From assembly GCA_018702955.1 (NCBI GenBank), contig JABJEK010000022.1:21789-85788 (forward strand): DNA of 64,000 nucleotides, read 5' to 3'. The DNA comes from Rhodospirillaceae bacterium (GTDB lineage Bacteria > Pseudomonadota > Alphaproteobacteria > UBA6615). Below, piece after piece: positions 41,360 through 52,500 of this stretch. The translations under genes were made by a program, and so were the position numbers. The notes beneath the pieces were generated by a model that was given only the letters and a program-made list of their open reading frames with translations, was not told the origin of the DNA and did no database searches. How positions within the stretch are numbered: the stretch's first letter is position 1; each line of letters starts with the position of its first letter.

Positions 41360-41929
41360 ATGAAAATATTGCGAACCGCAGGTGCTGGTAGCGGACGGGC
41401 CAAGGCGGGCTGGGCCGCCCTCGCGCTGTTTATTCTTGCCGCGTGCCAACAGGGGGCGACGGCACCGGTGCCACCCTGTCCGGATATCGTCATTGTTCAG
41501 GATGCCTCGGAGTTAACCCAGTTTTTGTCGGGCCCCGGGCGTGATCTGACCGATGTCACCCTGGAAGCCCGGATTTCGGATTTCCGTGGGTTTTGTGAGA
41601 CAGACGTCGAGGATGACAGGACCGGGACGGTCGATGTGGAACTGCAGCTGCTGCTGGTCGCGACACGCGGCCCGGCGGCGACGACGCGTGACGCGACAGT
41701 CAGGTATTTTGTCGCTATCGCCGACAAGAAGGAAAACATCCTGGCGCGCGAGGAGTTCGAGTCCAGCGTCTCGTTCGAGGGCAACCGCAACCGGATCGGT
41801 TTTTCCGAGGAGTTGGCCCAGAACATCCCGTTGAAGGCCGGCCAGCTCGGTGATGCGTTCAGTATCTTTGTTGGGTTTGTCCTCTCGGACGAGGACCTGA
41901 AGTACAATCTCAACAAGCGCGGGCGTTAG
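41360..41929 (+). CDS. Hypothetical lipoprotein
   Basis: Basic N-terminus, hydrophobic stretch, lipobox LAAC; PPCP and C-terminal IFVGF motifs. Confidence 0.75.
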   Translation: MKILRTAGAGSGRAKAGWAALALFILAACQQGATAPVPPCPDIVIVQDASELTQFLSGPGRDLTDVTLEARISDFRGFCETDVEDDRTGTVDVELQLLLVATRGPAATTRDATVRYFVAIADKKENILAREEFESSVSFEGNRNRIGFSEELAQNIPLKAGQLGDAFSIFVGFVLSDEDLKYNLNKRGR

Positions 41930-41953
41930 TCCACAGCCACGTTTCCGCGCCGG

Positions 41954-41981
41954 TTGACTCCTCCCCGGCGAGGCATAATGT
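41954..41981 (+). promoter_or_regulatory. Candidate sigma70 promoter of the gcv leader
   Basis: TTGACT-N16-TAATGT; the -35 overlaps a GACTC (GANTC) site. Confidence 0.4.
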
Positions 41982-42024
41982 CGATGGTGGAGCGCGGCCC
42001 GAGTCGCGCGCCGGCGTTGAGTAA

Positions 42025-42245
42025 AATCGTCATGTGACCCCAGCGGGAGAGACCGGCCATTTTTGCCGGCGCCGAAGGAGCAACCGCCCCGGAAACTCTC
42101 AGGCATCCAGGACCGCAAGGGGGATGACACTCTGGAAAGCAGGCCCGGCCGGGTATGTACGGTTCCGGGCCTCACCGAAGGCGTAAACCGTGTCCGGGCA
42201 AGTCCGGGACCGGTGAATCTCTCAGGTCTGACGACAGAGTGGGGC
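42025..42245 (+). ncRNA. Tandem glycine riboswitch (two aptamers)
   Basis: Aptamer 1: GGGAGAG...CGCCGAAGGAGCAA..GGAAACTCTCAGG. Aptamer 2: CTCTGGAAAG...CACCGAAGG...AATCTCTCAGG...ACAGAG. Directly upstream of gcvT; boundaries approximate. Confidence 0.95.
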
Positions 42246-42296
42246 AGGCGGCGCAACGGGTGCGCTGTCCGGCTTGGCTCGGACCGGGAGAGCGGC

Positions 42297-43427
42297 GTGG
42301 CGTCAGTTCCTGAAACGGAAATTCGCAGAACCCCCTTATACGACGTGCATGTGTCGCTGGGTGCCCGCATGGTGCCCTTCGCGGGCTATGCCATGCCGGT
42401 GCAGTACCCTGCGGGTATCATCGCCGAGCACAATGCGACGCGCAGCGCTGCGGGTCTGTTCGATGTATCCCATATGGGCCAGGCGATCCTGCGCGGAGAC
42501 GATCCCGCGGCAAGCTTTGAACGGCTGGTGCCGGGCGACATCACAGGCCTGACGACCGGGCGCATGCGTTACACGTTGTTGCTCAACGATGCGGGTGGCA
42601 TCCGCGACGACCTTATGGTTACGCGGATCGAGGAGGGTGGCGTCCCGGCCTTGTTCCTGGTGGTCAACGCCGGGTGCAAGGATGCGGATTTCGCTCATAT
42701 CGCCGCACTGCTCGCGGACGAAGCGGAGTTGCAGATACTCAATGATAGCGCCCTGCTGGCGCTTCAGGGCCCGATGGCCGAGGCGGTGCTTGCGACGTTG
42801 GCGCCTGAATGCCGTGACCTCGTCTTCATGCAAGGCGCGGAGATGACCCTCGACGGGGCCGCAGCCTATGTGACGCGCTCGGGCTATACGGGCGAGGATG
42901 GGTTTGAAATTTCGGTGGCCAACGAAGCGGTCGCCGGCCTGGCGCAAACGCTGTTGGCCCATGACGGTGTCGAGCCTGTCGGGCTCGGCGCGCGGGATTC
43001 ATTGCGGCTGGAAGCGGGGCTCTGCCTCTACGGCCACGATATTGATGAAACCACGTCTCCCATCGAGGCCGGTCTGGCCTGGGCCGTCGGCAAACGCCGG
43101 CGTGAGTCGGCCGATTTCCCGGGCGCCGAGACAATCCTGCAACAGCTGAACGAAGGGCCGACACGCAAACGCGTCGGCATTCGGCCGGATGGCCGCGCAC
43201 CGGTGCGCGAGGGCGCGGTGATCCGCGATGCAGAAGATGCCGAGATCGGGATTGTCACCAGCGGCGGGTTCGGCCCGACGCTCGGCGGCCCCGTGGCGAT
43301 GGGATATGTGAATGCCGCCTGTGCCGCATCCGGCACGGCACTGAAGATCGAATTGAGGGGCCGGTCGGTGCCCGCCACCGTGGCGGATTTGCCGTTCGTG
43401 CCCGCCAACTACAAGCGTGCTCGCTGA
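42297..43427 (+). CDS. gcvT: Glycine cleavage system T protein (aminomethyltransferase)
   Basis: RTPLY, FDVSHMG, RSGYTGEDGFE, GLGARDSLRLEAG; GTG start after the riboswitch. Confidence 0.96.
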   Translation: MASVPETEIRRTPLYDVHVSLGARMVPFAGYAMPVQYPAGIIAEHNATRSAAGLFDVSHMGQAILRGDDPAASFERLVPGDITGLTTGRMRYTLLLNDAGGIRDDLMVTRIEEGGVPALFLVVNAGCKDADFAHIAALLADEAELQILNDSALLALQGPMAEAVLATLAPECRDLVFMQGAEMTLDGAAAYVTRSGYTGEDGFEISVANEAVAGLAQTLLAHDGVEPVGLGARDSLRLEAGLCLYGHDIDETTSPIEAGLAWAVGKRRRESADFPGAETILQQLNEGPTRKRVGIRPDGRAPVREGAVIRDAEDAEIGIVTSGGFGPTLGGPVAMGYVNAACAASGTALKIELRGRSVPATVADLPFVPANYKRAR

Positions 43428-43445
43428 GCTGAGAGGAGAAGGGTA

Positions 43446-43823
43446 ATGGCCAACCGGAAATACAGCCAAGACCATGAATGGGTCGAAGTGGAGGGAGAGA
43501 CCGGCATGATCGGGATTTCCGACTATGCGCAGGAGCAGCTCGGCGACGTCGTGTTCGTGGAATTGCCCGATGTCGGCAAGATGCTCGATCGGGGCGACGA
43601 GGCCGCGGTGGTGGAATCGGTCAAGGCGGCGGCGGAGGTCTATGCACCCGTCGGGGGCGAGGTGATTGAAGTCAATGACGCCCTCAACGGAGACCCGTCG
43701 CTGGTCAATACGGACGCGTTCGGGGATGGCTGGTTCGCCAAGCTCCGCCTAACCGATCCTGCGGACCTCGACGAGCTGATGGATGAAGCCGCCTACAAGA
43801 CCTACTGCGAGGGCCTGGACTAA
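43446..43823 (+). CDS. gcvH: Glycine cleavage system H protein
   Basis: [21 protein letters not shown] (lipoyl Lys), GW. Confidence 0.98.
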   Translation: MANRKYSQDHEWVEVEGETGMIGISDYAQEQLGDVVFVELPDVGKMLDRGDEAAVVESVKAAAEVYAPVGGEVIEVNDALNGDPSLVNTDAFGDGWFAKLRLTDPADLDELMDEAAYKTYCEGLD

Positions 43824-43824
43824 A

Positions 43825-45171
43825 ATGCGATATCTTCCACTCACGGACAATGACCGCGCCGATATGCTGTCGGCGATCGGTGTCAGATCGGTGGACGAAC
43901 TTTTCGTCGACGTGCCCGAAGCCGCGCGGTTCGACGGCGATTTCGATCTTTCCGATCACATGGCCGAGTATCAGGTGGAAGCGAAGATCGCGGCCCTGGC
44001 CGGGCGCAATGTCTCTACGGCGGACGTCCCCAGTTTTCTGGGCGCCGGCGCGTATCGCCATCATATTCCCGCCTCGGTGGACCATCTGGTCCAGCGCGGT
44101 GAGTTCCTGACGTCTTACACCCCCTATCAGCCGGAAATATCGCAAGGCACGCTGCAGGCCCTGTTTGAATTCCAGACGATGGTCGCCCTGATCACCGGCA
44201 TGGATGTGGCCAACGCCTCGATGTATGACGGCGCGACGTCCTGTGCCGAGGCGGTGCTGATGGCCCAGCGGGTCACCCGGCGCAACAAGGCGATTATCTC
44301 GGGCGGCGTGCATCCTCACTACCGTGAAGTGACCGAGACCCAGTCGCGCTATCTGGATATCGAGATCGACGCCCGGCCGCCGGATCTGGGTGGTCTTGAA
44401 GAGCTGGCCGGTGACATCGGCGAGGATACGGCCTGTGTCGTAGTGCAGAATCCCGGTGTGTTCGGGCATGTCCGTGATTTCGGTCCACTCGCCGATGCCT
44501 GCCGCGCCGCTGGGGCGCTTCTGGTGGTTGTCGTCACCGAGGCGGTCTCTCTCGGCGCTGTTCGCTCGCCGGGCGAGATGGGTGCCGACATCGTGGTAGC
44601 CGAGGGGCAGAGCCTGGGCAACGCCCAGGGATTCGGCGGACCCTATGTGGGCCTGTTCGCGGCGCGCGAGAAATATGTCCGCCAGATGCCGGGCCGGCTC
44701 GCCGGCGAGACGGTCGACGAGGACGGCCGCCGCGGCTGGGTGCTGACGCTCTCGACCCGCGAACAGCATATCCGTCGCGAGAAGGCGACGAGCAATATCT
44801 GCACCAATTCCGGCCTCTGTGCCCTGGCCTTCACGATCCATCTCTCGCTATTGGGAGAAGACGGTTTCCGGAAACTGGCGGCGCTCAACCATGCGCACGC
44901 GGTCGCCTTGGCTTCGCGGCTGGAATCCGTGGCCGGGGTTGAGGTGCTGTCGGACACGTTCTTCAACGAGTTCGCAATCAGGCTGAGCGGTTCCGCCCGG
45001 GAGGCGGTTGATGCGCTGGCGGCGCGGGATATTCTGGCCGGTGTGCCTGCCTCGCGCCTGTATGGCTCCGATGCCGGGCTCGACGACATTCTGCTGGTGG
45101 CCGTAAGTGAGCTCACCCGTGACGAGGATATGGACGCCTTGTGTAGCGGTCTGACGGAGGTGCTGGCATGA
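43825..45171 (+). CDS. gcvPA: Glycine dehydrogenase subunit 1
   Basis: [49 protein letters not shown]. Confidence 0.96.
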   Translation: MRYLPLTDNDRADMLSAIGVRSVDELFVDVPEAARFDGDFDLSDHMAEYQVEAKIAALAGRNVSTADVPSFLGAGAYRHHIPASVDHLVQRGEFLTSYTPYQPEISQGTLQALFEFQTMVALITGMDVANASMYDGATSCAEAVLMAQRVTRRNKAIISGGVHPHYREVTETQSRYLDIEIDARPPDLGGLEELAGDIGEDTACVVVQNPGVFGHVRDFGPLADACRAAGALLVVVVTEAVSLGAVRSPGEMGADIVVAEGQSLGNAQGFGGPYVGLFAAREKYVRQMPGRLAGETVDEDGRRGWVLTLSTREQHIRREKATSNICTNSGLCALAFTIHLSLLGEDGFRKLAALNHAHAVALASRLESVAGVEVLSDTFFNEFAIRLSGSAREAVDALAARDILAGVPASRLYGSDAGLDDILLVAVSELTRDEDMDALCSGLTEVLA

Positions 45172-46742
45172 GCGGGCATTCGAAGGATTTGAGCCGGCCG
45201 GCGCCCACGATGGCAGCGGGCGCGGTCGACACCGTGCATGGGCATCAGGGTTTGCGCCTGGAAGAGCCATTGTTGTTCGAGATCGACAACCCGGGCGCGG
45301 TCGGAGTCGATCTACCCGATCCGGGTGCGACTGAAAACCGGTTGGGCGGGCTCGAACGCCACGCGCCGATAGGGCTGCCGAGCGCGAGCGAGCCCGAAAT
45401 CGTTCGCCATTACACGCGCCTGTCGCAAAAGAACTACGCGATCGATATGGGCACCTATCCGCTCGGCTCGTGCACGATGAAGCACAATCCGCGGCTCAAC
45501 GAGAAAATGGTGCGTCTGCCGGGGTTCGCGAACCTGCATCCGATGCAGCCCGACGCGACCACCCAGGGTGCGCTCGAACTGATCGACAATTTGGCCCATT
45601 GGCTCAAGGAACTGACCGGGATGCCGGCGGTGGCCATGTCGCCGGCGGCCGGCGCTCATGGTGAATTGTGCGGCGTGATGGCCATTCGTGCCGCACTCGA
45701 TGACCGCGAAGGCGGGCCGACGAGCCGGCGGCGTATCCTGGTGCCGGATTCCGCCCACGGCACGAACCCCGCGACCGCCGCGGCGTGTGGTTTTACCGTC
45801 GATGCCATTCCCTCGGACGCACGCGGCCGGGTCGATGTGAAGGCCTTTGCCGACAAGCTGGATGATGACGTCGCGGGGATCATGATCACCAACCCCAACA
45901 CATGCGGGCTGTTCGAGAACGACATGATCGAGATCGCCGGCCTGATCCACGATGCCGGCGGCTACTTCTACTGCGACGGGGCGAATTTCAACGCCATCGT
46001 CAGCCGCGTGCGGCCGGGCGATCTGGGCATCGATTGCATGCATATCAACCTGCACAAGACCTTCTCGACCCCCCATGGGGGCGGTGGCCCGGGCGCGGGC
46101 CCCGTGGTGCTGTCGGACGCGCTGGCGCCCTTCGCACCCACCCCGTGGGTGGTGCATGGCGGTGACGGGTTCTCGCTGGTGGAACATGGTGCGGATGCGG
46201 GCGACGCAAAGCCGTTCGGGCGCCTGAAGGGTTTCCATGGCCAGATGGGCATGTTCGTGCGTGCCTATGCCTACATGCTCAGCCATGGCCGCGACGGGTT
46301 GCGCCAGGTCGCCAACGACGCGGTACTCAATGCGAACTATGTGATGGCCCAGCTGTCTGACGTCATGACCGCCGCCTTCGATGGCCCTTGCATGCATGAA
46401 TGCCTGTTCGACGATCGGTTCCTGAAGGATTCCGGTGTCACGACGCTGGATTTCGCCAAGGCGATGATCGACGAGGGCTATCACCCGATGACCATGTATT
46501 TCCCGCTGGTGGTGCATGGCGCGATGCTCATCGAGCCGACGGAGACCGAATCCCGGCGTGAGCTCGACAACTTCATTGCGGTGGTCCGCTCGCTGGTCGC
46601 AAGGGTGCAATCCGGCGACAGTGACGCGTTTGCCGCCGCCCCGCGGCTCACGCCGCGCCGACGTCTCGATGAGACCGCCGCGGCGCGGAGCCCGGTGCTG
46701 CGCTGGACGCCGGAAATACCCACGGCGGAGGCTGCGGAGTAA
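45168..46742 (+). CDS. gcvPB: Glycine dehydrogenase subunit 2
   Basis: [46 protein letters not shown]. Confidence 0.96.
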   Translation: MSGHSKDLSRPAPTMAAGAVDTVHGHQGLRLEEPLLFEIDNPGAVGVDLPDPGATENRLGGLERHAPIGLPSASEPEIVRHYTRLSQKNYAIDMGTYPLGSCTMKHNPRLNEKMVRLPGFANLHPMQPDATTQGALELIDNLAHWLKELTGMPAVAMSPAAGAHGELCGVMAIRAALDDREGGPTSRRRILVPDSAHGTNPATAAACGFTVDAIPSDARGRVDVKAFADKLDDDVAGIMITNPNTCGLFENDMIEIAGLIHDAGGYFYCDGANFNAIVSRVRPGDLGIDCMHINLHKTFSTPHGGGGPGAGPVVLSDALAPFAPTPWVVHGGDGFSLVEHGADAGDAKPFGRLKGFHGQMGMFVRAYAYMLSHGRDGLRQVANDAVLNANYVMAQLSDVMTAAFDGPCMHECLFDDRFLKDSGVTTLDFAKAMIDEGYHPMTMYFPLVVHGAMLIEPTETESRRELDNFIAVVRSLVARVQSGDSDAFAAAPRLTPRRRLDETAAARSPVLRWTPEIPTAEAAE

Positions 46743-46766
46743 GCACGTCGGTTTGCTGCGGGCATG

Positions 46767-46793
46767 AAAAAGGCCCCTTGAAGGGGCCTCTTT
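46767..46793. terminator. Bidirectional intrinsic terminator between convergent gcvPB and atpF
   Basis: AAAAAGGCCCCTTGAAGGGGCCTCTTT: GC stem flanked by A and T runs. Confidence 0.8.
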
Positions 46794-46816
46794 GAAACGG
46801 GACCAGGCGGTCAGGT

Positions 46817-47380
46817 CTAGTTGAGTTTGCCCGGTACTTCCCGGATCGCTTCGTCGACCAGTTCGTCACCCTTTTGACCCTCGACCGTCTCGGTCAGGAT
46901 CCGCTGGGTGGCGTCGATCGCAATATCGGCGGCCAGTGCACGGACATCGGCGACGGCACGGGCTTCGGCGGCGGCGATCATGTCCAGCGCCTGTTGTTCG
47001 CGGCGCTTGAGCGTGTCTGTGGTGCGCGCCTGGACGTTCTCTTCGATGCGCCGGGCCTCTTCGCGCGCTTCGGCGACGATACCCTCGGCTTCGGCCAGCG
47101 CGTCACGCTGCTTGCGCTGATATTCGGCCAGCGTGTGCTGGGCCTCTTCGCGCAGGCGTTGTGCCTCGTCGAGCTCCGACTTGATGGCGTCGGTGCGGCC
47201 GTCGAGTTTGGTCGTGATCGCCTTCGACATGGGACGGTAAACCGCGACCACGAAAATGATGAAGGCGATCAGAACCCAGGTCTCGGGCTTCTCGAAGAAC
47301 GATGCGTGATCGTCGGCGGCCAGCGCGGTGGTGGTGGACCCAAGAAGGGTCGCGGTGGCGAAGGTAAGCCGTGCCAGCAT
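46817..47380 (-). CDS. atpF: F0F1 ATP synthase subunit b
   Basis: TM segment after ETWV, LD.R...I..ELDEA..LREEA coiled coil. Confidence 0.93.
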   Translation of the reverse strand: MLARLTFATATLLGSTTTALAADDHASFFEKPETWVLIAFIIFVVAVYRPMSKAITTKLDGRTDAIKSELDEAQRLREEAQHTLAEYQRKQRDALAEAEGIVAEAREEARRIEENVQARTTDTLKRREQQALDMIAAAEARAVADVRALAADIAIDATQRILTETVEGQKGDELVDEAIREVPGKLN

Positions 47381-47871
47381 TATGAACGCCCTCCGACAGC
47401 ATCGTCGATCGCCTTGCGAACCGCACCGCTGTCCGGCGTCACGCCGATCAGGCGCTCGACGGCCTGACTGGCAATGTCTTCCACCAGATCGGCCACATTC
47501 GCCGCTGCGGTTTGCTGGGCGTCGTTGATCCGCGCGCGTGCGGCATCGGCATCGGCCGAAAGCTTCTCGGTGAGGGCCGCATTGTGCTTTTCAGCCTCGG
47601 CTGTCGCGGCTTCCGCGGCCAGATGAAGCTGTTCCTGCGCACCGGCACGTGCCTGCGCCAATTCCGCCTCATAGGCGGCGAGCACCTCTTCGGCCTCGCT
47701 CGCCAATTCCTCTGCGCGCGCGATGTCGCCATCGATCCGCTGGTGGCGGCTATCGATCGTCGCGGCAATCCGCGGCAAGGCGATACGCCACGCGAACACG
47801 AACACGACGGCAAAACAGACGACCAGCCAGAAAATCTGGCTTGCGAATGAGGAAGGTTCAAACTGAGGCAT
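47380..47871 (-). CDS. F0F1 ATP synthase subunit b'
   Basis: MPQF....FASQIFWL, ..PRI...I..R...I..D..RA. Confidence 0.93.
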   Translation of the reverse strand: MPQFEPSSFASQIFWLVVCFAVVFVFAWRIALPRIAATIDSRHQRIDGDIARAEELASEAEEVLAAYEAELAQARAGAQEQLHLAAEAATAEAEKHNAALTEKLSADADAARARINDAQQTAAANVADLVEDIASQAVERLIGVTPDSGAVRKAIDDAVGGRS

Positions 47872-47896
47872 CTTGGCGCTCTTCCGCTTTCGATCC

Positions 47897-47939
47897 GGTC
47901 ACCGGCCGGGCATGCCCAGGGGCAGCCGGCCAGGTGGCC
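47897..47939 (-). other. Long intergenic stem-loop downstream of atpE
   Basis: On the minus strand GGCCACCTGGCCGG pairs with CCGGCCGGTGACC, enclosing an inner TGCCC/GGGCA stem; no U tract. Confidence 0.6.
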
Positions 47940-47962
47940 TTAACCGTTGCGTCCGGTTTCGA

Positions 47963-48202
47963 CTAACCGGCGAGGATGATGAAAGCCATAATCAGCGCGA
48001 ACAGCGCGATGGCTTCCGTGACCGCGAACCCGATCCAGATGAACGCGCCAATTTCTTCCTTGGCGGCGGGGTTGCGACCGATTGCTTCGATGTAGCTGGC
48101 CCAGATGCGGCCAACGCCAACACCGGCACCGACCATACCGATGGCGGCCAGGCCGGCACCGATCAAACGCGCGAATTGCGTTGCGACTTCGAGTTCCATC
48201 AT
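47963..48202 (-). CDS. atpE: F0F1 ATP synthase subunit c
   Basis: IGAGLA.IG..GAGVGVG, RNP loop, FAVTEAIALF (proton-binding Glu); RBS AAGGAG. Confidence 0.97.
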   Translation of the reverse strand: MMELEVATQFARLIGAGLAAIGMVGAGVGVGRIWASYIEAIGRNPAAKEEIGAFIWIGFAVTEAIALFALIMAFIILAG

Positions 48203-48235
48203 AACAGGCTCCTTCAAGCTTTCTCGTATTGGGGA

Positions 48236-48970
48236 CTAATGTAGATGCAATGCGTCGTTCAAATAGACGCATGTGAGGATGGCAAACACGTAAGCCTGGA
48301 TGACGGCAATCATCACCTCAAGCAACGTGATGGCGATCAGGAAGGCCAGCGGCAGCAGGCCGGGCAGAACCCAGAAGCCGCCGAGCGCGACAACGCCGCC
48401 GCCGATCACTTTCAGCAGGACATGGCCGACCGTCATGTTGGCGAACAAGCGCACGGACAGGCTGATCGGGCGTGAGAAGTAGGAAATGATCTCGATCGGG
48501 ATCAGGACCGGTGCCGAGACGATCGGGGCGCCATGGGGGAAGAACAGCGAGAAGAACTTAAAGCCGTGCTTCGCCAGGCCGATGATCGTGACCCCGACGA
48601 AAATGAAAGCCGCCATCGCAAACGTCACCGCGAGATGGCTGGTAAACGTGAACGCGCCGGGGATCAGGCCGAGCAGATTGCCGAACAGGATGAACATGAA
48701 CAGACTGAAGATAAACGGGAAATAGGGTCGCCCCTGGGATCCCACATTGTCGCGCACCATGTCCGCGATGATTTGGTAGAAATATTCGGCCGAAGCCTGC
48801 ATGCGTCCGGGAACCAACGCGCGACGCTGGGTGCTGACGATCATGAAGATCACCAGAACCGCCGCTGTGATTGCCATCCAGAGCGATGAGTTCGTGAACG
48901 AAATATCGATATCGGCAACTTCGATATCGACGATCGGTACGATTGTGAATTGTTCGAGAGGGCTAGCCAC
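48236..48970 (-). CDS. atpB: F0F1 ATP synthase subunit a
   Basis: PLEQF, FTNSS, NLLGLIP, SLSVRLFANM..GH, IQAYVF. Confidence 0.98.
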   Translation of the reverse strand: MASPLEQFTIVPIVDIEVADIDISFTNSSLWMAITAAVLVIFMIVSTQRRALVPGRMQASAEYFYQIIADMVRDNVGSQGRPYFPFIFSLFMFILFGNLLGLIPGAFTFTSHLAVTFAMAAFIFVGVTIIGLAKHGFKFFSLFFPHGAPIVSAPVLIPIEIISYFSRPISLSVRLFANMTVGHVLLKVIGGGVVALGGFWVLPGLLPLAFLIAITLLEVMIAVIQAYVFAILTCVYLNDALHLH

Positions 48971-49017
48971 CCGGATACTCTCCAGTCTTATTCGGTGTAT
49001 GTCCGACGCGCCGGAAT

Positions 49018-49347
49018 TTATGCGTCGGTATCACCGTTTGTCTTTCGCTTGCTTGCCTGATTTGCGGTTCGAACGACGTTCAACAATCCCGCAGCAAATC
49101 CAAGCATCAAGAACACCACCAACAACCAGGGCTTCGTGCCCAACCACCAGTCCAGACTCCAGCCGATTCCTCCGCCGAAACCCACTCCGGCGACCAGATC
49201 GACGGCAACTTTTATGCCGACGCCCATGTCCGAAGCACTTCTAGACCGTGACGAGGCCTTACGTTCTGCCCCCGCGCGCCGGTCGCGAACCTTGCCCAGG
49301 CGCCGTTTGAGTTCAGGCAGTTCGGAAGGTTGGTCCGGATCAGTCAT
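49018..49347 (-). CDS. atpI: AtpZ/AtpI family protein
   Basis: DLVAGV..G..IGW.LDWWLGTKPW....F..LG.AAG..NV.R; first gene of the F0 operon. Confidence 0.88.
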   Translation of the reverse strand: MTDPDQPSELPELKRRLGKVRDRRAGAERKASSRSRSASDMGVGIKVAVDLVAGVGFGGGIGWSLDWWLGTKPWLLVVFLMLGFAAGLLNVVRTANQASKRKTNGDTDA

Positions 49348-49413
49348 GGACCCACTTTTTCCCCGAATTGCTGTTCCCGAAGTCCGACAGGACCGGCACC
49401 CGAAAGCGAGCGC

Positions 49414-49442
49414 AAAGTAGCGAGCGCCCCTAGGCAAGTCAA
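49414..49442 (-). promoter_or_regulatory. Sigma70-type promoter of the atp F0 operon
   Basis: Minus strand TTGACT-N17-TACTTT, about 65 nt upstream of atpI. Confidence 0.65.
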
Positions 49443-49475
49443 GGCGACATTCCGCACATGCGAAGAGGTTCACAA

Positions 49476-49493
49476 GCCCCGGAAAACCGGGGC
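49476..49493 (-). terminator. Hairpin downstream of smc (probable terminator)
   Basis: GCCCCGG-N4-CCGGGGC; only a weak U tract on the minus strand. Confidence 0.5.
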
Positions 49494-49533
49494 AAAACCG
49501 GTAGAAAAAAGAAACTGGACCGGAACCAAAACC

Positions 49534-52500
49534 CTACGCGATGGCGCGAATTTCCTCAGCCCCGCGAAGGTCGACCGAGACGAGCTGACTGATGCCGCGT
49601 TCCGGCATCGTCACGCCGTATAGGCGGTCCATACGGGCCATCGTCATGCGGTGATGGGTCACGATCAGGAAACGGGTCGTGCCGATCGACGAGATGTAGT
49701 CGAGCAGATTGCAGAAGCGGTCCACATTGGCATCATCGAGCGGGGCATCGACCTCGTCGAGGACGCAGATCGGCGCCGGGTTGGTCAGGAACACGGCAAA
49801 CAGCAATGCCGTCGCCGTCAGCGCCTGTTCGCCGCCCGACAGCAGGGACAGCGACTGCAGTTTCTTGCCCGGCGGGCTGGCGAAGATCTCGAGCCCGGCC
49901 TGGAGCGGGTCTTCCGCGTCGGTCAATTCGAGATGGGCGCGCCCGCCGCCGAACAGGCGCACGAACAGTTCCTGAAAATGCTTGTCGACTTCCTGGAACG
50001 AGGCGAGCAGCCGTTGACGGGCCTCGCGGTTGAGGCTGGCGATGCCGCGTCGCAGGCGATCGATCGCCGACACGAGGTCTTCGCGTTCGGTCTGGATCGT
50101 CTCGATTTTCTCGGTCAGTTCCTCGGATTCCTGTTCCGCGCGCAGGTTCACCGGTCCCATATTGTCGCGCTCGCGCAACAGCCGTTCTAGGCGGCGGTCG
50201 GACGCGTCGAGGTCCGGCAGTTCCTTGCCCTCGGCGATCTCTGCCAGGGCCAGAACGTCCTCGGGCTTGCACTCCAGCCGCTCGGTGATCCGCTCGATCA
50301 CGGTTTCCAGCGTCTGTGTCACCTGGGCGACGGCGGATTCCGTGCGAACCTTGTTTTCGCGCACGTCTCCGAGTTTCGCCTCGGCATCACGCATCGTGCG
50401 CTCTGCCTGGGAGAGGCGCTCGTCGGCACGCGCGACGGCGTCGGCGGCTTCATTGCGGCGCGTCTCGGACGCATTCAGCCGGTCCATCAGCGCATTGCGC
50501 TGGGTCTCGATCTCGGCCGGCCGGGCGGCGAGGGTCTGCAATTCGCCGCGTGCCTGTGCGTCACGGGCCTCAAGCTCGCCGATGCGTTCGCCCGCACCAT
50601 TGTCGCGGGCCTGCCAGGATGTTTCCTCGGCTGCGAGCGCGGTGATGCGACGATGGCGTTCTTCGGATTCGCGCACCAGCCGGTCATGCTCGCCCTGTGC
50701 GGCGACAGAGGCCGCGCGGGCTTCGTTGAGCTGGCTGCGCAAGGCCTGGGTGTTGCTGCGCAGTGTGTCCAGGTCGCCAACGGCGTCCCGTCGGGTGCGT
50801 GCATCATCCAGACGAGAATCGATATCGGTGATGTCGGTTTGGATGCGGGTCAGGGTTTCCCCGAGATTCTCATGGCGCGCGATGCGTGCCGCGAACTCGC
50901 GTGCCAGGCCGGCATGGGCGCGCCGTGCGTCCGCCGCGGTGTCGTCGGCGACTTCGAGGGCCGCGCGTGCGGCTCTTGCGGCATCACCCGCATGGTCGGC
51001 CGCCTCTCGTGCGGTGCGGTGCTCCGCCTCGATTTTCTCGAAACTTGTCTCGGCCGTCGTGATGCGCCCGCCCAATTCGGTCAGGCGATTGCGCTGGCGC
51101 AACCGGGTGGACGTGGTCGAGCGTGCGTCGTTGCGCGAGGTGTAACCATCCCAGCGCCAGAAATTTCCCGTGGTGTCGACGAGCCGTTGGCCGGCCTTCA
51201 GGTCACGGGCGAGACGGTCGCCGGTCTCGGCATTTCCGACCACGCCGATCTGTGCCAGCCGGCGGGCCAGCGGGCCGGCCTTGCTGACAAATTCGCTGAG
51301 CGGACGGACACCCGAAGGCAGGCCGGGATCTTCGGCCGGCACGCCCATGATCTGCCAGTGACGGGGCGCCCGGTCGTCCGAGGGCGCATCGAGGTCTTCG
51401 CCGAGTGCGGCGCCGAGTGCTGCCTCATAACCTGCGGTCACCTCGATCGCGTCGATCATCGGCGTCCAGTCGGCGTCAAGGGTTTCGGCCTCCGTGGCCA
51501 GCAAATCCTCGAGTGCGCCGGCTTCCGCGCGCAGTCGCGACAAGGCCTCATCGGCCTGCGAGCGCACATCGCGGGCCTTGTCGCGTTCGACGTCGGCAAG
51601 CTCACGCTTTTCTTCGGTCGTCTCGAGTGTCGCACGAGCGCTTTTGAGGTTTTCCTCCGCACCGTTCAGGCGCGTTTCAGCGGTCTCGAGCTCGTTGGAG
51701 CTAAGCCCCTGTTCCTCGATTGCCGCGCGCTCGGCCTTGGCCTCGTCATTTTGTGCTTCGAGGCGGCGGCGGCGGGCAGAAAGCTCGTTGACCTCGCGTT
51801 CGAGCGCAGTGATCTGTGCCTCACCGGTTGCCAGGCGCTCCATCAACTGGGTGAGCTCGGCCTCAACGGCCTCGACGCGCCCGGCGCGCGCCTCAAGGGC
51901 GGTGCGGGTCTCGGCGATCAGCTCGTCCTCTCCCGCGCATGCGCGTTCGATTTCGGCCTTCTCGGTGCCCAGCCGGGTCAGCGCATTACGCGCCTCTGCC
52001 GCAAGGCCGCGTTCGCGGCCAAGGTCGGCCTCGATCTGCGTCAGTCGGGTTTCCCACTGCTCGGTCGCTGTCCGGTTGCGCTGCTCTTCCGCGTCGAGTT
52101 CCTCGCGGGCGAGGTTCAGGGTCTGCAGTTCGGCAGCGGCAGCGGCCTCGGTTTCACGTAGCGGCACAAGTTCCGCTGCTGCGGTTTCGCGCAGGCGTGT
52201 CGCTTCCGACACCACCCGGGTCTGCTCGGCCACCAGGGTCTCGGAATTGCGCAGGCTTTCTTCCGCTTGCGCGAGATCGGTTCTCGCCGCCGACCAGCGA
52301 TGATGAAGCACGGTGGCCTCGGTGCGGCGGATATCGTGTGAGATGTTCTTGTAACGTCGGGCCTGGCGGACCTGTTTCTTGAGGCCGTTCAACTGGGCGT
52401 CGAGGGTCACCAGGACATCGTCGAGCCGTTCGAGGTTGTTCTCCGCAGCGCGCAGCCGCAGCTCGGCCTCGTGCCGGCGAGAATGCAGCCCGGTGATGCC

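Noticed and set aside
47963..48202. Na+-coupled ATP synthase
   Set aside because: Subunit c has TEA at the ion site, without the Gln and ES/T signature of Na+ c-rings.
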